Assembly: GCA_021813655.1 (NCBI GenBank)
Contig: JAKAJU010000183.1
Span: forward strand, 1-58,386
DNA length: 58,386 bases
Reading direction: 5' to 3'
From: Chloroflexota bacterium
GTDB lineage: Bacteria; Chloroflexota; Limnocylindria; Limnocylindrales; CSP1-4
The stretch's first letter is position 1, and every line of letters starts with the position of its first letter. The position numbers were made by a program, and so were the translations under genes. The notes below the pieces were generated by a model. It did no database searches, had not been told where the DNA came from, and saw only the letters and a program-made list of their open reading frames with translations. Below are positions 57,859 through 58,386 of the stretch, piece after piece.

Positions 57859-58386
57859 CCGTGCCCAGGCGCCGCGAAGACCGGCTCCCCCTCCACGAGC
57901 GTCATGAGCGGGCGGACCTCGTGGAGGCCCGCGGGGTCCACCGCGCGGAGATCCCGATCGAGCACGACGAGATCGGCGAGCATCCCTGGTTCGAGTCTCC
58001 CTGTCTCGCCGTCGAGATGGTTCACCCACGCCGATCCTGCCGTGTACGCCCGCAGGGCTGTCTCGAGGTCGATCGCCTCCTCGGCCAGCAGGGGCGCCGG
58101 CGCGACGTCCGGATCGTCGAACGTGCGGAGGACCGCGACCTGGATCTGCTCCACGACGTTCGCCGTGGAGACGGACCAGTCGCTCCCGCCCGCGAGCCGA
58201 GCGCCGGTCCGGGCGAGCGAGCCGAACGGGTACTGCCAGGCCGTCCGCTCGGGGCCGATGAACGGGATCGTCAGGGTGTCCATCTGTGAGTCGTGGCACG
58301 CCCAGTAGGGCTGCATGTTCGCGGTCACGTCGAGAGCGGCGAACCGCGGCACATCGTCGGGATGGACGAGCTGGATGTGGGCGATG
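57852..58386 (-). CDS. amidohydrolase_3 (YtcJ-like) protein, C-terminal part; 5' end outside window
   Basis: IAHIQLV, ANMQP, GGSDWSV, ALRAYTAGSA, GRLEPGMLADLVVLDRD. Confidence 0.9.
   Translation of the reverse strand, partial: IAHIQLVHPDDVPRFAALDVTANMQPYWACHDSQMDTLTIPFIGPERTAWQYPFGSLARTGARLAGGSDWSVSTANVVEQIQVAVLRTFDDPDVAPAPLLAEEAIDLETALRAYTAGSAWVNHLDGETGRLEPGMLADLVVLDRDLRAVDPAGLHEVRPLMTLVEGEPVFAAPGHGW

Overview
Very GC-rich (roughly 70-75% by eye) bacterial chromosomal segment, mostly encoded on the minus strand. Gene content and style suggest Chloroflexota or a related monoderm lineage (inference only). Left to right: mpg (partial), cvpA, pheT-pheS, rplT-rpmI-infC, thrS with a Thr T-box, tRNA-Val; an accessory block (collagen-repeat secreted protein, ybaK remnant, amidohydrolase + glutamine-synthetase-like ligase + cyclase + deacetylase + Liv-type ABC transporter); an envelope operon (orphan OppA-like protein, peptidase MA, two DUF881, DUF951, MFS, asparaginase); Nudix, tRNA-Arg, glutaredoxin-like/ccdA/tlpA; a rearranged partial his cluster with a TrpR/YerC-like regulator; nrdR-dcd-MBL hydrolase with tandem NrdR boxes; etfAB, FadF-like Fe-S oxidoreductase, mog/moaC, site-2 protease; aldehyde dehydrogenase and aromatic amino acid decarboxylase; a CGNR zinc-finger regulator divergent from two microproteins; DUF1269, NmrA-like, DUF309, VanW, tRNA-Pro; gpsA-der-ispH-plsC-cmk and a partial amidohydrolase. 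I saw no integrase, transposase or CRISPR array. Best candidates for undescribed biology: the CGNR regulator/microprotein switch with twin TAACC-N18-GGTTA sites, the gamma-glutamylation amine/amide catabolic cluster, and a glycine-riboswitch-like variant upstream of the aldehyde dehydrogenase. All family calls are from motif recognition by eye, not database searches.
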